Counted from the stretch's first letter, positions 13,640-27,777 are shown. The stretch: DNA of 64,000 bases from Eledone cirrhosa (GCA_964016885.1 OZ024743.1:281480001-281544000), one strand, 5' to 3'. The notes: generated by a model not told the origin, from the sequence alone. Made by a program: numbers and translations.

Positions 13640-14295
13640 TATGCACCTTCTGCGTGTCTTTCATCATCATTTTTGCACACTCGCACGGGTCCATTTCAAC
13701 ATAGCATCTCACTGTTCATTGCATTCCTTCACCGTCTCTGTAAGTCTCAGCAATTTGAAATCAGCTCTCACCACCTCTACCCAAGTCTTCCCTTGTCTAC
13801 CTCTACTGTGGCTTCCTCCACGGGATTTCCTGGCACTTCTTCACCCAGCGCCCAGTATCAATGCACATCACATGTCTGTACCAATACAGTCTACTCTCTT
13901 GCAAACCTCTTCTGATTCCTCTTTCAGTTTTTCCCTCAGTTCTTCTGTCTTTCTCTCTTGTGTACATCGTATAAAATTTAAGCCTACTCCTTTTCTACAT
14001 ATGGAGCAGGGCCACTTCCCTGAAGGAATCGGAATCCTATCTTCTTTCCTACTGACTAGCACTTTAGTTTTGGCTAAGTTTACTCGCAACCCTTTTGATT
14101 CCAAATTCTGTTTCCATGTTTGGAACTTTGATGGATTCAGCTATAAGGACCAGATTATCTGCGCAGAACAGTTCTCATGGACAGCCAGATTAAAACTCCT
14201 CTGTTATGACCTGCAGAGCTATGATGAATAGCAATGGGCTAAGAACCGAACCTTGATGAACTCCTACCTGTACCTTGAATTCCTCACTAAACTAA
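13640..14295 (-). mobile_element. RTE LINE fragment, internally deleted
   Basis: VGVHQGSVLSPLLF, ESKGLRVNLAKTKVL, SGKWPCSICRKGVG. Confidence 0.88.
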
Positions 14296-14299
14296 TTCC

Positions 14300-14333
<34 letters not shown>

Positions 14334-14334
14334 G

Positions 14335-14630
14335 TCCACTTTTCCCTGCTTGCAAGGGTGGGACGGGAACTGATTCTGGCTTGATTTCTACAGCTGGATG
14401 CCCTTCCTAACACCAACCTCATTTACAGTGAGTGCACCTCCACGACCACTTTGCAGTGGAATGATAGGGACCCCAGTCTTTATCATCTCATTTCTACAGC
14501 TGAATAAACTGGAGCAATGTGAAATAAAGTGTCTTGCTCAAGGAAACAACACATCACCCAGTCTGAGAATTGAACTCACAACCTTTCGATTGCAAGGCCA
14601 ATGCTCTAACCACTAAGCTATGTGCCTCCA
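14335..14630 (-). mobile_element. Young SINE (tRNA-like head, RTE tail)
   Basis: Near-identical to 18517-18800; minus-strand head tagcttagtggttagagca...gagttcaattctc has A/B-box-like motifs. Confidence 0.75.
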
Positions 14631-14948
14631 TATATATATACTCTCCAGACCCATGCTAGCGTGGAAGATGGACGTTAAACGATGATGATGACTCTCGAGT
14701 CCCAAATAATAGGGGTATTGGAAATCGGTAATTTTTCTAGTTTGTCTACACAGTAGCTTCAATTAAGTACTGACATTGTCTGTAGTAGCCTGTCCATCCC
14801 ATGATAAATGAACATAAAATGATGGTTATTGTTATGGTCACAAATCTTACTATCTTCTAATTTTTTACTTTTATTTTGCTCTGATTATTTGTGTTTTTTT
14901 TTGGGTTTTTTCCTGATTTTTAACATCTTCACAATTATGATATTTTAG

Positions 14949-15034
14949 ATGATGTGGTATTTGGGGAAGTTGTCATGGCACCCCCTGTAATCAAAGCCAA
15001 ACCTCGGAAAGCTGATACCTCCAATATTTCAAAG
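14949..15034 (+). CDS. CCDC137: CCDC137 exon 6
   Basis: ttttag acceptor; DDVVFGEVVMAPPVIKAKPRK is the hallmark DxVxFGEVVxxPP motif of CCDC137; donor GTTTGT. Confidence 0.92.
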
Positions 15035-16089
15035 GTTTGTTATTTCACTAGTGTTTCTTTTTATGATTGAAGTGGTGGAAAAAACTTTTGTATTGTTCAT
15101 AACAAGGGAGATAATTTTTTTATTTAGGTTTTTTTGCGTTTTTTTTTATCAGAATGGCTTATGATAGGTAAACAAGAAATTGACTGCATATATGTATCAT
15201 TGGATTTATAATGTAAACGTGAAATACTGAGTTCAAGTTAGTTGTTCATGTTAGGCCAGATAGATTTACCTGACAAATAACCATATATCTAGCAAATATG
15301 TACTGCCTTTGTATTTTAATTATCAAAATAATCAGCAATTATAAGAGTTTTTGTGACTTAACAAATTTTCAATTTAATAAAATAAAAAAGCAAATATTTA
15401 ACTACTCAAATCTAATATTATTTAGTATGTAATAATGGGATGTCGATCTTAAATTTAAACACATTAATAGAGGTGGTTTGGAGCAGGGTTAAACATTATT
15501 CAATTACTACATTTGTATACTTTACTCTGTTTTGATTGTAATTCTTAGTGCTTAGTTATTATGACATGGTGAAGACATGACAATTTTTTTTATTAATCCT
15601 TATTAGATTGACCTTAAACACCAGTTTGATATATGTCTCAGCATGGAAAGCAAATGTAAAATGATGATGATGATAACATGTGTATTATATATATATATAT
15701 ACACACACACACTCCAAACCACGGACCATGCTCGACCACTGCCTTTCATTACTCACTCTAGATAGGAAGAGCTGGAACAAATGCCACAAGGCCTCCAGTA
15801 TGACAATCTAACTAGTTTGATAGTTCATTGCCCTAGACTAGTATTTGAAATCAGAATGCAAGGAGCAAAAATAAATACTGAAAAATATTTTGCCTGATAC
15901 TCTGACACTTCTGTTTATTTGCCACCTAGACATGGAGGCGGAACAGAAAGAAATTATTCTTGATAACAGCTATTAAATGATTCCTTTTAACATTGGCACA
16001 AGGTCAGCAATTTGTGTGAAGGGGAAATCAATCAGAACGACTCCAATATTTAACTGGTACTTTATTTTATCAATCATGGAAGTCCTAGT

Positions 16090-16420
16090 TTCCACCAAAA
16101 GGCAGCAAATTGGCAAGGTCATTAGAATGTCAGATAGAATGCTTTGCAGTGTTTGTTCCAGCTCTGCACTTCAAGTTCAAATCCTGCTGAGGTCAACTTT
16201 GCCTCTTGTCCTTTCAATGTCAATAAAAGTACCAGTCCAATATTGAGGTCTATTCTTTCTCTATATCATTTTCCCTCTTTTCTTCTCTAGAAAAAATAAT
16301 TTGTGTTCAGACCTGAAGACAGATGAGCTCTGTCAGGTTTAAAATGCCTAAGATTCACTTTATATCACAATGGCCCCTCTACAACTGTATCAGGAGTTAT
16401 GGGTTCATACATACATACAG
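16090..16420 (+). mobile_element. SINE with (CATA)n tail
   Basis: gttcaaatcctgctgaggtcaactttgcc...aaagtaccag core plus a tail shared with 59250-59515 and 21310-21570 (minus). Confidence 0.65.
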
Positions 16421-16535
16421 TTTCCGCCAAACTCTTGTTTTGTCATTTTGGGTGGTCGGGGTTTTTTTTCCCATGAGCTATGATTGGTTTGTGTGTGTTT
16501 CATCAAATTGAACATTTCTGTTCTAATATTTGCAG

Positions 16536-16754
16536 CCTGGTAGAAAGCAGCTTCTCTTGAAGAATATTCTGGAACAGAATTCTGAAACCAAAGTACAAAA
16601 GAACTCTGAAACGAAACCAAAAGATAAAAAGGCTACAAAGTTGAAATATTTATCATTAGCAAAACAAAGTATGTTATCAGAAGAGAGGGAACGAGTTGTA
16701 AAACTTTACAGAGAAATGAAGAAGAAAAATCATGCTATAAAAAATAAAAAATAA
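16536..16754 (+). CDS. CCDC137: CCDC137 exon 7 (terminal)
   Basis: ttgcag acceptor; PGRKQLLLKNIL...EERERVVKLYREMKKK-stop; the seven exons sum to 903 nt (300 aa plus stop) with consistent phases; AATAAA around the stop. Confidence 0.9.
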   Translation, partial: PGRKQLLLKNILEQNSETKVQKNSETKPKDKKATKLKYLSLAKQSMLSEERERVVKLYREMKKKNHAIKNKK

Positions 16755-17124
16755 ATTTTTTCTGCTGTTTTCTTCTTTTTTTTTCCTGTCTTCATTTATA
16801 TTATCTATAATTGTGTTTTTCTTGAAGTTTTAAAACAGCTGATGATGAGTGGCAGAATAGACAACATACATCACTCTGCCGTGAACTGACAACAAAGCTT
16901 CTATGTGGTTACCCAACCTGTTAGAAATAGCTGTCAAATCACACCTTACTCTCTTAAATAAAGCTTATTGGATAATCTAGTTCTAGATACCTCTACAAGA
17001 ACAAAATAGTTACTGACGGAATTACTTTATCCCTTTAACATTTAAACTAGCCAGAATTCTCTCACCTCTTTCTGTTCAAACCGGCTGTAACTGCCCGCTC
17101 ATACTTATATTAAGGTATTGTTGG

Positions 17125-18516
17125 TTGCAGCAGTATTCTCATAAATTGCTACAAAGGTAAAGGGGATGCTCTGGAGAGGAGTAATTATAGGGGCATAAAA
17201 CTGATGGATCAGGTTATGAAAGTGGCAGAAAGGATATTAGTGCAACAAATTAGAGAAAGGGTCAAACTAGATGATATGCAGTTTGGTTTTGTACAACAGA
17301 TGCCCTCTTCTTAGTGAGACAACTACAAGAGAGGTTCTTAGAGAAGAATAAGCCACTATACTTAGCTTTTGTTGACCTAGAGAAGGCCTTTGATAGGGTA
17401 ACCCGATCTGTCATCTGGTAGTCCCTAAGGAAACTAGGTGTTGAGGAATGGCTTGTGAGGACAGTGCAAGCTTTGTACAGAGGTGCTGTCAGTAAAGTGA
17501 GGGTAGGAATGGAGTTTAGTGAGGAATTCCAGATACAAGTAGGTGTACATCAGGGTTCGGTCCTCGGCCACTCTTGTTCATTATAGTCCTCCAAGCCATA
17601 GCAGAGGAGTTTAAGACTGGCTATCCATGGGAACTTCTCTATACTGACGATCTGGTTCTTATAGCAGAATCAGTAGAGGAGCTAGAGAATAAATTTTGGC
17701 TATGGAAACAGCAGTTGGAATTAAGAGGACTGAAAGTGAACCTAGCTAAGACAAAAGTGTTGATGAGTAGAAAAGAGGACAAAACTCTGATTCCGTCAGG
17801 GAAATGGCCATGTTCAATAGGAAGAAAAGGAACTGGCATAAATTCTATAAAATGTACACGATGCAGATCTTGGGTGCACAAGAGATGTAGTGGGATAGCA
17901 GGCCAACTAACAGGTAGGGAGAAATATGTATGCAGTAGATGTACAGGGAAATTTGACAGTAGAAGTCACATTGATAAGACATTTTTCCAATGCAGGTGGA
18001 TTCTATAGAAGTGGTTGATAGCTTCTGGTACCTAGGTGATCAGATTAGCATGGGAGGGGGGTGTTCCGAGGCCATAGTATCTAGAATAAGGACGGGTTGG
18101 AAGAAGTTTAGGGAGCTGCTGACGAAGAAGGGTTTCTCTCTGCGTACGAAAGGCCGGTTATATGATGCCTGTGTGAGGTGCATGGTAGTGAGACGGGCAG
18201 AGGCTATGCAACGGCTAGAGAGAAATGAGGCAAGCATGTTCCGCTGGATGTGCGTGAAAGACCGAGCATGGATGTGTTGAGAGGGATAAATTGTAGTGTG
18301 CGGGAGAGGAGACTGATGCGCATGGTGGATGACTAATGGGTGAAGAAATGCCAGTTGAAGGAAGAGGTGGTAGAGGTAGACCACGAAAAACATGGGCGGA
18401 GGTGGTGAGAGCAGACCTCAGATTGCTGAAGCTCCCGGTGGAGATGACGAAGGACCGTGACAAGTGAGAGATGCTGTGCTGAATAGGACCTGTCCCACGC
18501 TTGCAAGCAGGGAAAA
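17125..18516 (+). mobile_element. RTE LINE, 5'-truncated and degenerate, inserted in a piggyBac MITE
   Basis: AFVDLEKAFDRV, GVHQGSVL, LLYTDDLVL, GRGRPRKTW; 3' end gcttgcaagcagggaaaa. Confidence 0.92.
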
Positions 18517-18800
18517 TCATCATTTTACGTCTGCTTTTCCCTGCTTGCAAGGGTGGTACGGGAACTGATTCTGGCTTGATTTCTACAGCTGGATGCCCTT
18601 CCTAACACCAACCTCATTTACAGTGAGTGCTGGGTGCTCTTTTGCCGTGGCACCTACACGACCACTTTGCAGTGGAATGATAAGGACCCCAGTCCTATCA
18701 TCTCATTTCTGGAGCAATGTGAAATAAAGTGTCTTGCTCAAGGAAACAACACATCACCTGGTCTGAGAATTGAACTCACAACCTTTCGATTGCAAGGCCA
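18517..18800 (-). mobile_element. SINE, tail-to-tail with the RTE
   Basis: Tail matches the RTE 3' end; body matches 14335-14630. Confidence 0.75.
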
Positions 18801-19789
18801 AAGCGGATGTAAAATTATGATGATGTTCTCAGTATAAATAGAGTATATAATTGTTTCTACTTTTGGCACAAGGCCAGCAATTACTGGTACTTTATTTTAT
18901 CGACCTCGTAAGGATGAAAGGCAAAGTTAACCTCGCCAGGAATAATGAAAGGAAATTATAAATCATAACCAGGAGATAACATACACAAATCTCTTTTCTT
19001 ATATAAATACTGTGTGGGTAGTTGATAAGAATAATCATTTCAAACATAAGCTTATGTAAATACTCCTTTCAAGAGAGTTGAAATCAAATTAATCAAACCA
19101 AGTAATTTATCGTACTAATTTTTAATCCCTGTTTCTCAGAAGAGTGAAAGGTAAAGCTTATTTGAATTCAAAATACATCTAAACACTGCAAGGCGATTTA
19201 TCTAATGTTCTAATATTTCTGCCATAAATCAAGATCAACATGATTTCAATTCAAAATGTATTTTGTCTATCATATTTAGGATTCCTGCCACTTGAACAAC
19301 AGCATGATATGTTGTTTCAAATTACTTGTGTAAGGGAACATGCAGTTTGATTTCTTTTTGTGCAACAGGAAAATCAATTAGTTTGCAATTCCATTGTAAT
19401 CTAGTTTGTTTATTAATTGGCAGAATTAGTAGTGTTGAATAAAACACAATTGTGGTGTTTTATCTGGTTCTTTACATTCTGAATTCAAATCCTGCTATGA
19501 TCAGCTTAGACTTTCTCTTTTCCGAGTCAATAGAATAAAGTACCAATCAAGTATCGGGATCGATTTAAACCGGCTGTATCCGTCCAGAACTCTCTCACCT
19601 CTTTCTGTTCAAACTACACTAAGGTATTGTTATCAAAATCTCATAGATTCGATATTATGTAAAATAAAGCCTTTACTGTGAAAAGATAACAAATATAGAA
19701 TAATGTAAATGCTAAAGGGTTGATTAACTTTGCCCTTCTCAGAAATTTACTGGCCTTGTGTCTAAATTAGAAATCAATATATATAAAAT

Positions 19790-20930
19790 GTTTGGCGATG
19801 TTAGGGTTAACAGTAATGTAACAAATCTACTGGCAAAGGAAATGTGGTCACATGGCAAAAGAAGAGGAAGCTGGTTACAAAACTGTCAGGAATAGCCAAT
19901 ATAAGGAACCTCGTGTAATTGTATGCGAAGGGGGAAGTATTAGCATTGTATTTTGAGGATGACTAAGCAATGGACGCTTGAATGATTCTGGAAAGGAGAG
20001 CTTCCAATGTTGAAGAATAAGGTGAGCTGTTATGAAAATTGTTTGAAAGTCAAGTTCAAGAGAGATGTGGAAAGAAGGTTTTCTAATGTCTTGGAAGAAG
20101 GAGATGGAAATTTGAGGACTGCTGCTGATGGTAGCAGTTCAGTTAATGAAAAATAAAGTCTAATGAGTTTAGACCTTTATGAGTTAAATGTCCACATCCT
20201 GTTACCCAGGTATTTCTACGGAGACTTTGTGAAAGTGGAGACAAATGATGGGGCTTTTTACAATTATTTTTTATTTAAACCGGCCAGAATTCTCTCACTT
20301 CTTTGTTTAAACCAGCTGTAACTGGCCACTCATACTGATGTACTAGTAAATATAGAGCAATGTAAATGCTAATGGGTTAAAATATGCTTACCTACTGCTT
20401 TATGTGTCTGATAAATTGTGGAAATATCAGCTGGTAACATATAAGGACAGGATATACAGTTTAACTAAGCAGTGTTTCAGACTGAAATCTGTATAAAAAA
20501 ATCATGGCATTAGTCCTCAAGAAAATCCCAGGTAAAGTGAAAGATGCCACTGATTTCTAAATAGACAATATTTTGGTGGATGAAACTGATGTCAAAGGTC
20601 ATCTGGAAAGTTTTTAGTTGATAGAGAAACCACCAGAATTAATGAAACGAAGAGCAGCATTATGGCACAAGCTGAAGAAAGACAAGGTGGGCAAGCTATT
20701 TTAGAGAGGAAATAAGATACCAGAACTAAAATATAATATGAGAAGACAGGAACTATTTTCGATGTGTAGAAGACTTGTAGGCTACTACCCTATCACAGTG
20801 TCTTCAAACTGCATATAGCCAGGTTGAGAGGAGAGCTGCAGAGCTAATGCTGGGGAGAGGACAGTTGTTATGATGTGAGATATTTTGGAAAGGACCCAGA
20901 AAGAGGGAACCATAGAAGCTAAACCAAAAA
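19790..20930 (-). mobile_element. Highly degenerate LINE-like remnant
   Basis: Purine-skewed, coding-like composition; no intact motif seen. Confidence 0.3.
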
Positions 20931-22004
20931 TGAGACAAAAAAAAACATGCCATCTAGAAGGAAAGAAACTCTGAATAAAAGTATCCCAGTCAATGAGGAT
21001 CTATCCAACATGGAAAATAAATATACAAGGGTGATGACTTGATTAAAAAGAGGAAAGGCCATACCCATGGCTTTTTTGGAGGGGGATCTGTAAAATAAAA
21101 TACTAATAAAGAGTAGTGGATTGGCAGAATTGTTAAAGCATTTGATGAGACACCTTTCAGTATTTATTCCAGTTCTTTGTGTACTGACATACTTAAGTTG
21201 TTGGCTTAATCCATCACTTAGTTTAACACTACCACCTAGTTTTAGTTACTTTTAGTAGAGACCACTCAGCATAATTGGAAGATAGCTCTATCCTTTTCAG
21301 TAGTCTTTTAGGTATGAACCCATAACTCCTGATGGGGTCATTAGGGCACCATAGTAACATGCAGCTTTTCTTGGGCATTTTAAACCTGGTGAAGCTCAAC
21401 CCTCTCCATATTTGAACACAGCTGATTTCTTCCAGAGAAGAAGAGTGATAGAGAAGAAGTAAGAAAGAGATATAGAAGAAAAATCGATCCCAGTACTGAA
21501 CTGGTGCTTTTTTCATCAACCTCAAAAGGATGAAAGACAAAATTGACCTCGGTGGGATTTGAACTCAGGGTGCAGAGAGAAAATCCTAAAGTGAAATGGA
21601 TAACACAATGAAGTAAGACCAGTTTAGTTCTACTCTGCTTTGATTCTAGCATCAATATTGATTCTGTTTAGGAAACAGACCAATTTTTGTTGAGAGGAAA
21701 TAGTAACTACTGGATGAACAGTGTTGGCAGTTATATTATTTACAAAGTCAACTGTGGTAGGATTTGAACTAGAAACTGAGGGAAAGAAAACTAAATATGC
21801 CAACCCCTTCAGTCTACTATTCAGCCATCCCAAACTTAAAGAACCAGGTACAAGCTTCCACTTATAAGGAAAATAATTTTTTTACATATGGCTGATCCTC
21901 AGATTTTTAGAATATATAATCTACTTATCTATTTAGAGTCCCAATGAAAGAAAGGGAAGAATCTCTATTGGTCATTACTGACCATTTAGTCTGCACTCAT
22001 GATT

Positions 22005-22220
22005 GATTGACCATAGGTTTACCTTTCCCAGACACAAGCCTAGGCAAGATGGTTTGTGAAAGACCAGCAGTTGTCCAGGCATGCATGTCTTCCTCTTCCA
22101 CAACACTGATGCTGTCCAAGGGAATGGCCAAGGCTGATACAGCTTTGCACCAAAGTTATTGTATCTCATTTTTTTCCAGCAGAGTAGATTGGAGCAACAT
22201 GAAATAAAATAACTTGCTCA
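22005..22220 (-). mobile_element. SINE fragment with RTE-5'UTR-derived (Ceph-like) central domain
   Basis: gaaagaccagcagttgtcc...gatgctgtccaagggaa...ggagcaacatgaaataaa. Confidence 0.55.
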
Positions 22221-22569
22221 AAAACATGACAGACCCTCCCCCACCATAAAATGATTTAATTCTTTTTAACCCTTCTCTGACGATTAATATCACATACAAA
22301 CACTATAACTATATTAACCCTTTAGTATTTAAACCGAATTCTCTCACCTCTTTCTGTTCAAACCAGCTGCTCATTCATACTTATTCTCAAAATAAATAAT
22401 ATCAAAATCTTGTAAATTTTATATTATGTGAAATAAAGTGTTTACCATGAAAATACAATAATAAATATAGAGTAATGTAAATGGTAATGGGTTAAAGTAA
22501 TAAATTAACTTTATATTTATTATATTGAGTGCTTTTTACTTTGACAAGAAAATTGCTTGGGTGCATATA

Positions 22570-22600
<31 letters not shown>

Positions 22601-22860
22601 CGCTGTTATGTTACTGTTTACTCTTTTCTTTCCCTTTGCTTTCCTTCCCTCCTTCTTCCGTTTTCCCAATAACTTACCCAGTTATTGAACACCCTGGGCA
22701 GTAGATATCTTGTCTTTAAAGTGTAGAAATATCCGAGATCTCCAGTAGACAACTGATAAGGAACCCCCCCACCACCACCCATTCTTGCTTTCTTCGTATT
22801 CCCACTGCATTTTAAGTTACCTTAAATAGCAACTACACAGCCATTTCTATTCTCCATATA
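22601..22860. mobile_element. Possible Penelope-like terminal fragment in (TA)n
   Basis: Pyrimidine-rich short element bounded by (TA)n tracts, with caactgataagg resembling pLTR sequence. Confidence 0.3.
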
Positions 22861-24089
22861 TTTCATTATATATATATAAAGTGGTAGTGCTGGTGTTGCA
22901 ATAGAATACACCCAATGTATTCATAAAGCGACTGGCATTAGGAAGTTCATTCAGCTGTAGAAATCATGCCAAAATTAGTCAAGATGTGGTACTCCAGCCT
23001 GTCTTGTCTTGGGCTGTGACAACCTATCAAACTAATGCCAGCATGGAAAACATACTTGCTAATGCAGTGATGAGAGAAGCATAAAGTGATGTATAATATT
23101 TTACACAAATGTGTGTCAAAAGTAGTACAAAGTGGAACAATGTATAATTGAGGTAGTTCTTTAGCACAAATAAACCTTGACAGAGCAGATTTTGTGAACA
23201 AAGATACTCCAGTCGTTGATATCTTTTTGTATGTAACTAAATGAAAATTTGGCTGACTTAGTTCATATGATAGACGTGTTTTGTTGAGTTCAAAGGAAGG
23301 TATTATAACAACAGTAACAATGACGATAATAATAGGCCCAGCGATATACAGCAGATTAAAAAGGATCAATATTAAGATTAAGACAGATAGCTGAGGTTTG
23401 GTTGAAAGAACAAAGAACGATATATTAATGAAATTAAATAGATAGAAAAACTGCAAATTATGAATCTAAAGAACCCGAAATAGGACAGTATATGTTTTCT
23501 AGAGGGCCAAAACAGTATGGTTTATGAATAAATAAATATATAGTATGTATATTTGTATGTATTTCGCCTCACAGTGAAATTAAACTACATGAGAAATTTT
23601 GTGACAGCTTGGGATGAGGATTGAATTGGCCAGTTTCTTTTTGATTTACCAATACACCGACATAGAAACCAACAAGGAAGTCCCTCTGTAGTTGCTGAAT
23701 CTGTTAGAAATAGTCATCAAATGCATTTCAAAATCACATCCTACCATCTTTTTAAAAAAAAAATGGAAGATCAGATTGTTTCTTCATAACTTTCTTAATA
23801 ATGGATATTTTTTAATGAAATTCTCCTTGGTGTACATGACAATTATGATGATGAAATGTTAAAGTTCAATTATTAATGCTTTCAATTGTCTTTGTAGTAG
23901 GCTAAACAGAAACTTAGAAAGGCATGATGAACACCTTTACCTTTTCTTATTCTACCCTTTCTGAATTCAAATGCTGATCCTTCCAGGCCAGTTGCCACTA
24001 ATTCACAACCAAATTGCATTCTCTGTGTTTTCACAAGTCACTATTTGAAGTCCATCAGAATCTTGCTCCAATAACCAGCTTCCTGTTGA

Positions 24090-26265
24090 GGATCTTGCTA
24101 CCGCCCTCTGGGGCCTATCGAAGTTGAAGCCCATCAACTGATTCCAAAGGAAGCTAGGAATTGTTTCACCCATGCTCTCTCCAAACTGTTGAAGAACATT
24201 TTCCTATCCAGCAACACATTGGATTGGCAGAAACAGTTCTTATTACCTCTCATTCTTCTTAATGCGCCTAATGTGAAAACCAGTTACCTTGCATTTTTCC
24301 TAAAATGACACTTTGAGTTGTTTGAGTCCACCCCAACCACTGTTCATCTCGGGTCAGTGATCAGCACAGCTCCTAACACTGAACGATTGCTAAACTTAAA
24401 GGAAGCTTTCAATACCAAATTCAGCAAATTGATATTAAAGGGGCTGTTTGCCTCCTCTCTTTTCTGTCCTTCCTTGCCCAGTGTAATAAAGACTCTTTCA
24501 AACGATTGCGAGACAAACATCCTCTGGCCTGCCTCTCTGGAAAACTGTTTACATGGATCCAACCCACCAGGTTATTTACAACCAGTTTTTACCTCGGATA
24601 AAACCAGGAAGGCAATTGCATCCTTTGCTGCAGGCTCTAGTGCAGAGATTGATGACCTTCAACTCCCAACATCTTAAGGATGCCGGACTTGAGCTCTTGG
24701 AGAGTCTGACTCAGTTTGTCAACATGTCCAAGAGTGTCCTCCCCTATATTTGGCCTTTCTTTTGGGCTAAGTTATTTGGTCTCACAAAACCCAATGGTGA
24801 CCTCCACCCCATTGTTGTTGGGTGTACTCTGAAACAGCTCACAGCAAAAGTGTGTCTGTCATCGGTCTCAGACTGCCTTTCTGCAGAATTTTCCTATTCA
24901 GCAAGGGGTGGATACTAAGCTAGGTTGTGAAGCAGTTGTCCATGCCACAAGAGCTTTTGCCAAATTGCCTTCTGAGATCCCCAAGCTTATTCTCAAACTT
25001 AATCTCAAGAATGCCTTCAACTTCATCAGTTGTGATGTCATCTTCTGCTCAGTAAAGAAGAGGACCCCACAGCTCTACCACTTTACTTGGCAGGCTTATT
25101 GGGATCCCTCCTACCTCTCCTTTGGTGAACATTTCTTCATCTGCTTCAGGGGTCCAACAAAGTGACCCACTTGGACTTACTTTATTTTCTCTAGGCATAA
25201 ATGACATTGCTAAGATAGGGGCTGACCTACATTTGAATGTCTGGTATCTTGATGCTTGTTTGGTGGGTTTTCCAGATAAGATTCTTGCAGAGGAACTTGG
25301 TCATAGGAGCCTCCATTTCAACAGCTCCAAATGCAAGCTCTGGCTCCACATCAGAAGACTGTAGACCTGTTTACAGAATTCTTCCCCTCTATTGCAATAC
25401 CTCCCTCATTGACATGGTGCTCTTTATGAGCCCCAATTACTGACCTAGCTTTCGAGCCCATTTTTCTATCCAAGATAGCTAATCTCGAGCAACTACAAAA
25501 AATATTGAAGCTATTGAGCCCCATCTAGGTTTTTATACTTAAGAATTACCTGTCAATTCATAAGACTGAAGCAGAGAGTTTGGGACAATCTGCATTCGAG
25601 AGACACCTTTAACTCACTGTTTGATCAATTCTCAAAGTGTTGTCTTCTTTCCACGAGCACAAAATTCTTGGGGGACTGGGTTGATGCCCTGCCCATAGCC
25701 AACATCAGTGGCCTACTCCGCCTGGATGAGTTCCAAATCTCCATTGCACTCAGGATGGGAGCCAATGTCTGTGGAAGACTGAGATTTCACTGTGGTGGGC
25801 ACCTGAACTCCACAGATCTTGGTTTGTCATGCTGCCTGAATGCTAGTCTTTCGTTCACCATACCAAGCTAAACCTAGTTATTAAGCGGGCCTTGGCTTGA
25901 GTAAATATCCCCTCAATTCTGGCTGGATTTTCCAGAGTTAATGAAAAGAAACCAGATGGTCTTACCCTTTGTCCCTGGGTAAGAGATAGATGTCTCATTT
26001 GGGACACCACAGTCAGTGACTCTTTCGCTCCTAATCACATCCTTTATGCTGTGGTATATGTGAGGTTCACTGCTTCTGTAGTCGAACAGAATAACATTCT
26101 TAAATACTGGGAATATTGACGCTGTGGTATTTGAAACGTTTGCAGGAGCTGGGCAGCCTACAACAAACTTCTTGTCATCGTTGGTAGGTGTGTAGATGTT
26201 CCACTGCCTTAGCTATCATCTGTGGAAATGCTGCCTGAGTATTGGCTTGCATCAAAAAGTATTAG
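24090..26265 (+). mobile_element. Degenerate CRE-clade non-LTR retrotransposon (RT plus restriction-like endonuclease)
   Basis: KPNGDLHPIVVG, GCEAVVHATR, LNLKNAFN, GVQQSDPLG, WYLD, KKPDGLTLCPW...IWDTT, GNAA; many frameshifts. Confidence 0.85.
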
Positions 26266-26470
26266 AGAGAGACTCCTGTATCCATTGTGACACACTTAAT
26301 GTCCACTTAATATTTTCTTTTGTTTTGAGTCTTTATTTTCAAGTGAAACATTTATGTAAATAAGTAATAGAGATATTGTGTGTATGTGTTAGTTTTTGAC
26401 AACTATGGCATTTGTGTTTGTCATTTCAAGCTATCTATATGGTTAGGTGAATACTTTGATTAACTTTGGG

Positions 26471-26476
<6 letters not shown>

Positions 26477-26526
<50 letters not shown>
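26477..26526. repeat. (TG)n microsatellite
   Basis: Direct reading. Confidence 0.95.
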
Positions 26527-26530
<4 letters not shown>

Positions 26531-27726
26531 CACACTGAAACAAAAAAAAAACCCTAACAAGGACTGAACACGATAGAATCAAATTCCTATTGTCACTACC
26601 TTCGTCTTCCTCGCTTTCCCCATTTCTCACTAATATAAACAAATGGGGGCCCAAGTGCTGGCCGCTCTGCAGACCCCCGACGGACATATATGATGTCAGT
26701 ATATATAAAATGTGAACTTTGCTATTATATCATTTTCTGTTCATCGTTTATTTCGAGATAAAATACAATACTTATAATATTTCATGTTGATAATGAATAA
26801 TACCAATCAAGATGTCATAGATTTTCTACACTATTTTAATGTAATTTCTCCAACTATGAACTGTGAAAGGAAAATAAAAATAAAAACATTTTTCTTTTAA
26901 ATTCCTCAATATAATCGTTATCTACACCTTCGAAAATGCATCTCTGCAAAATTTCATTAAAAAAAAATGAATTATTACGAAAATTATGAGAAAACAAAAC
27001 TGTAGCTATGCCGCAAAATGTGCTTTTATTGATATACTTGAAAATAATATTAATAAAATAAAATAAGACGAATGGTCATATCCGCATGAAGGTGTGCTTG
27101 AGGGCTCAGCTCTCCTAGGAATAAATAGGAAAAGAAGAAATGTTTATGCCGGGAACATCTCTATTAATAGTTCTGTAGTCTTTGTATTTAAAAAAAAACA
27201 TTTAATATTGATTTCTTATAAATCGCAACTCGTTTCATTATGAATTCGTTGAATACTTAAGATATTTTATGTGTAGAGAAAAAGAAAAGAAGATAAACAA
27301 CAGCAACATATTTCTATAAAGAAATAAAAATGGTTTTGTTTTCCTGGAAATCGCTATTCATTACTTATTAATCTTCAAATACTTATGTGCAAAAAATAGA
27401 TTTAAAAAAAACAATTTAATTTTGAAGTTTATATTTAAAGGTTTGTAAATGAAAATTGAAGATTATAACATTGCTTTTCATTAAGAATTTCCTCATGATA
27501 AGATTAAACATCGGCTATATCACGTTTACGGCTAAAATTTCGATATTTAATAATGTGTTCCTGTCTTACAGCGCAACATAAACTATTACAATCAAATAGC
27601 CTAGTCAACTATCAAGTTAATCTAGACAGGTGTTCGTGACCATATAAGTAACCACTTCTTAGTAACTATAATCGAACACCAGATGTCACGTTTTTACAAT
27701 GGTCTCATTTTGCTATAAAGCCTCGC

Positions 27727-27774
<48 letters not shown>

Positions 27775-27777
<3 letters not shown>

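Noticed and set aside
13536-14231. 231-aa plus-strand ORF
   Set aside because: Antisense shadow of an RTE fragment
22947-23456. 169-aa hydrophobic minus-strand ORF
   Set aside because: Low-complexity AT-rich sequence running into a SINE; no motif or splice support
26644-26680. GC-rich ggggg...ccccc stem as a CPEB3/HDV-like ribozyme
   Set aside because: Only one stem; no P2/P4 or J4/2 elements
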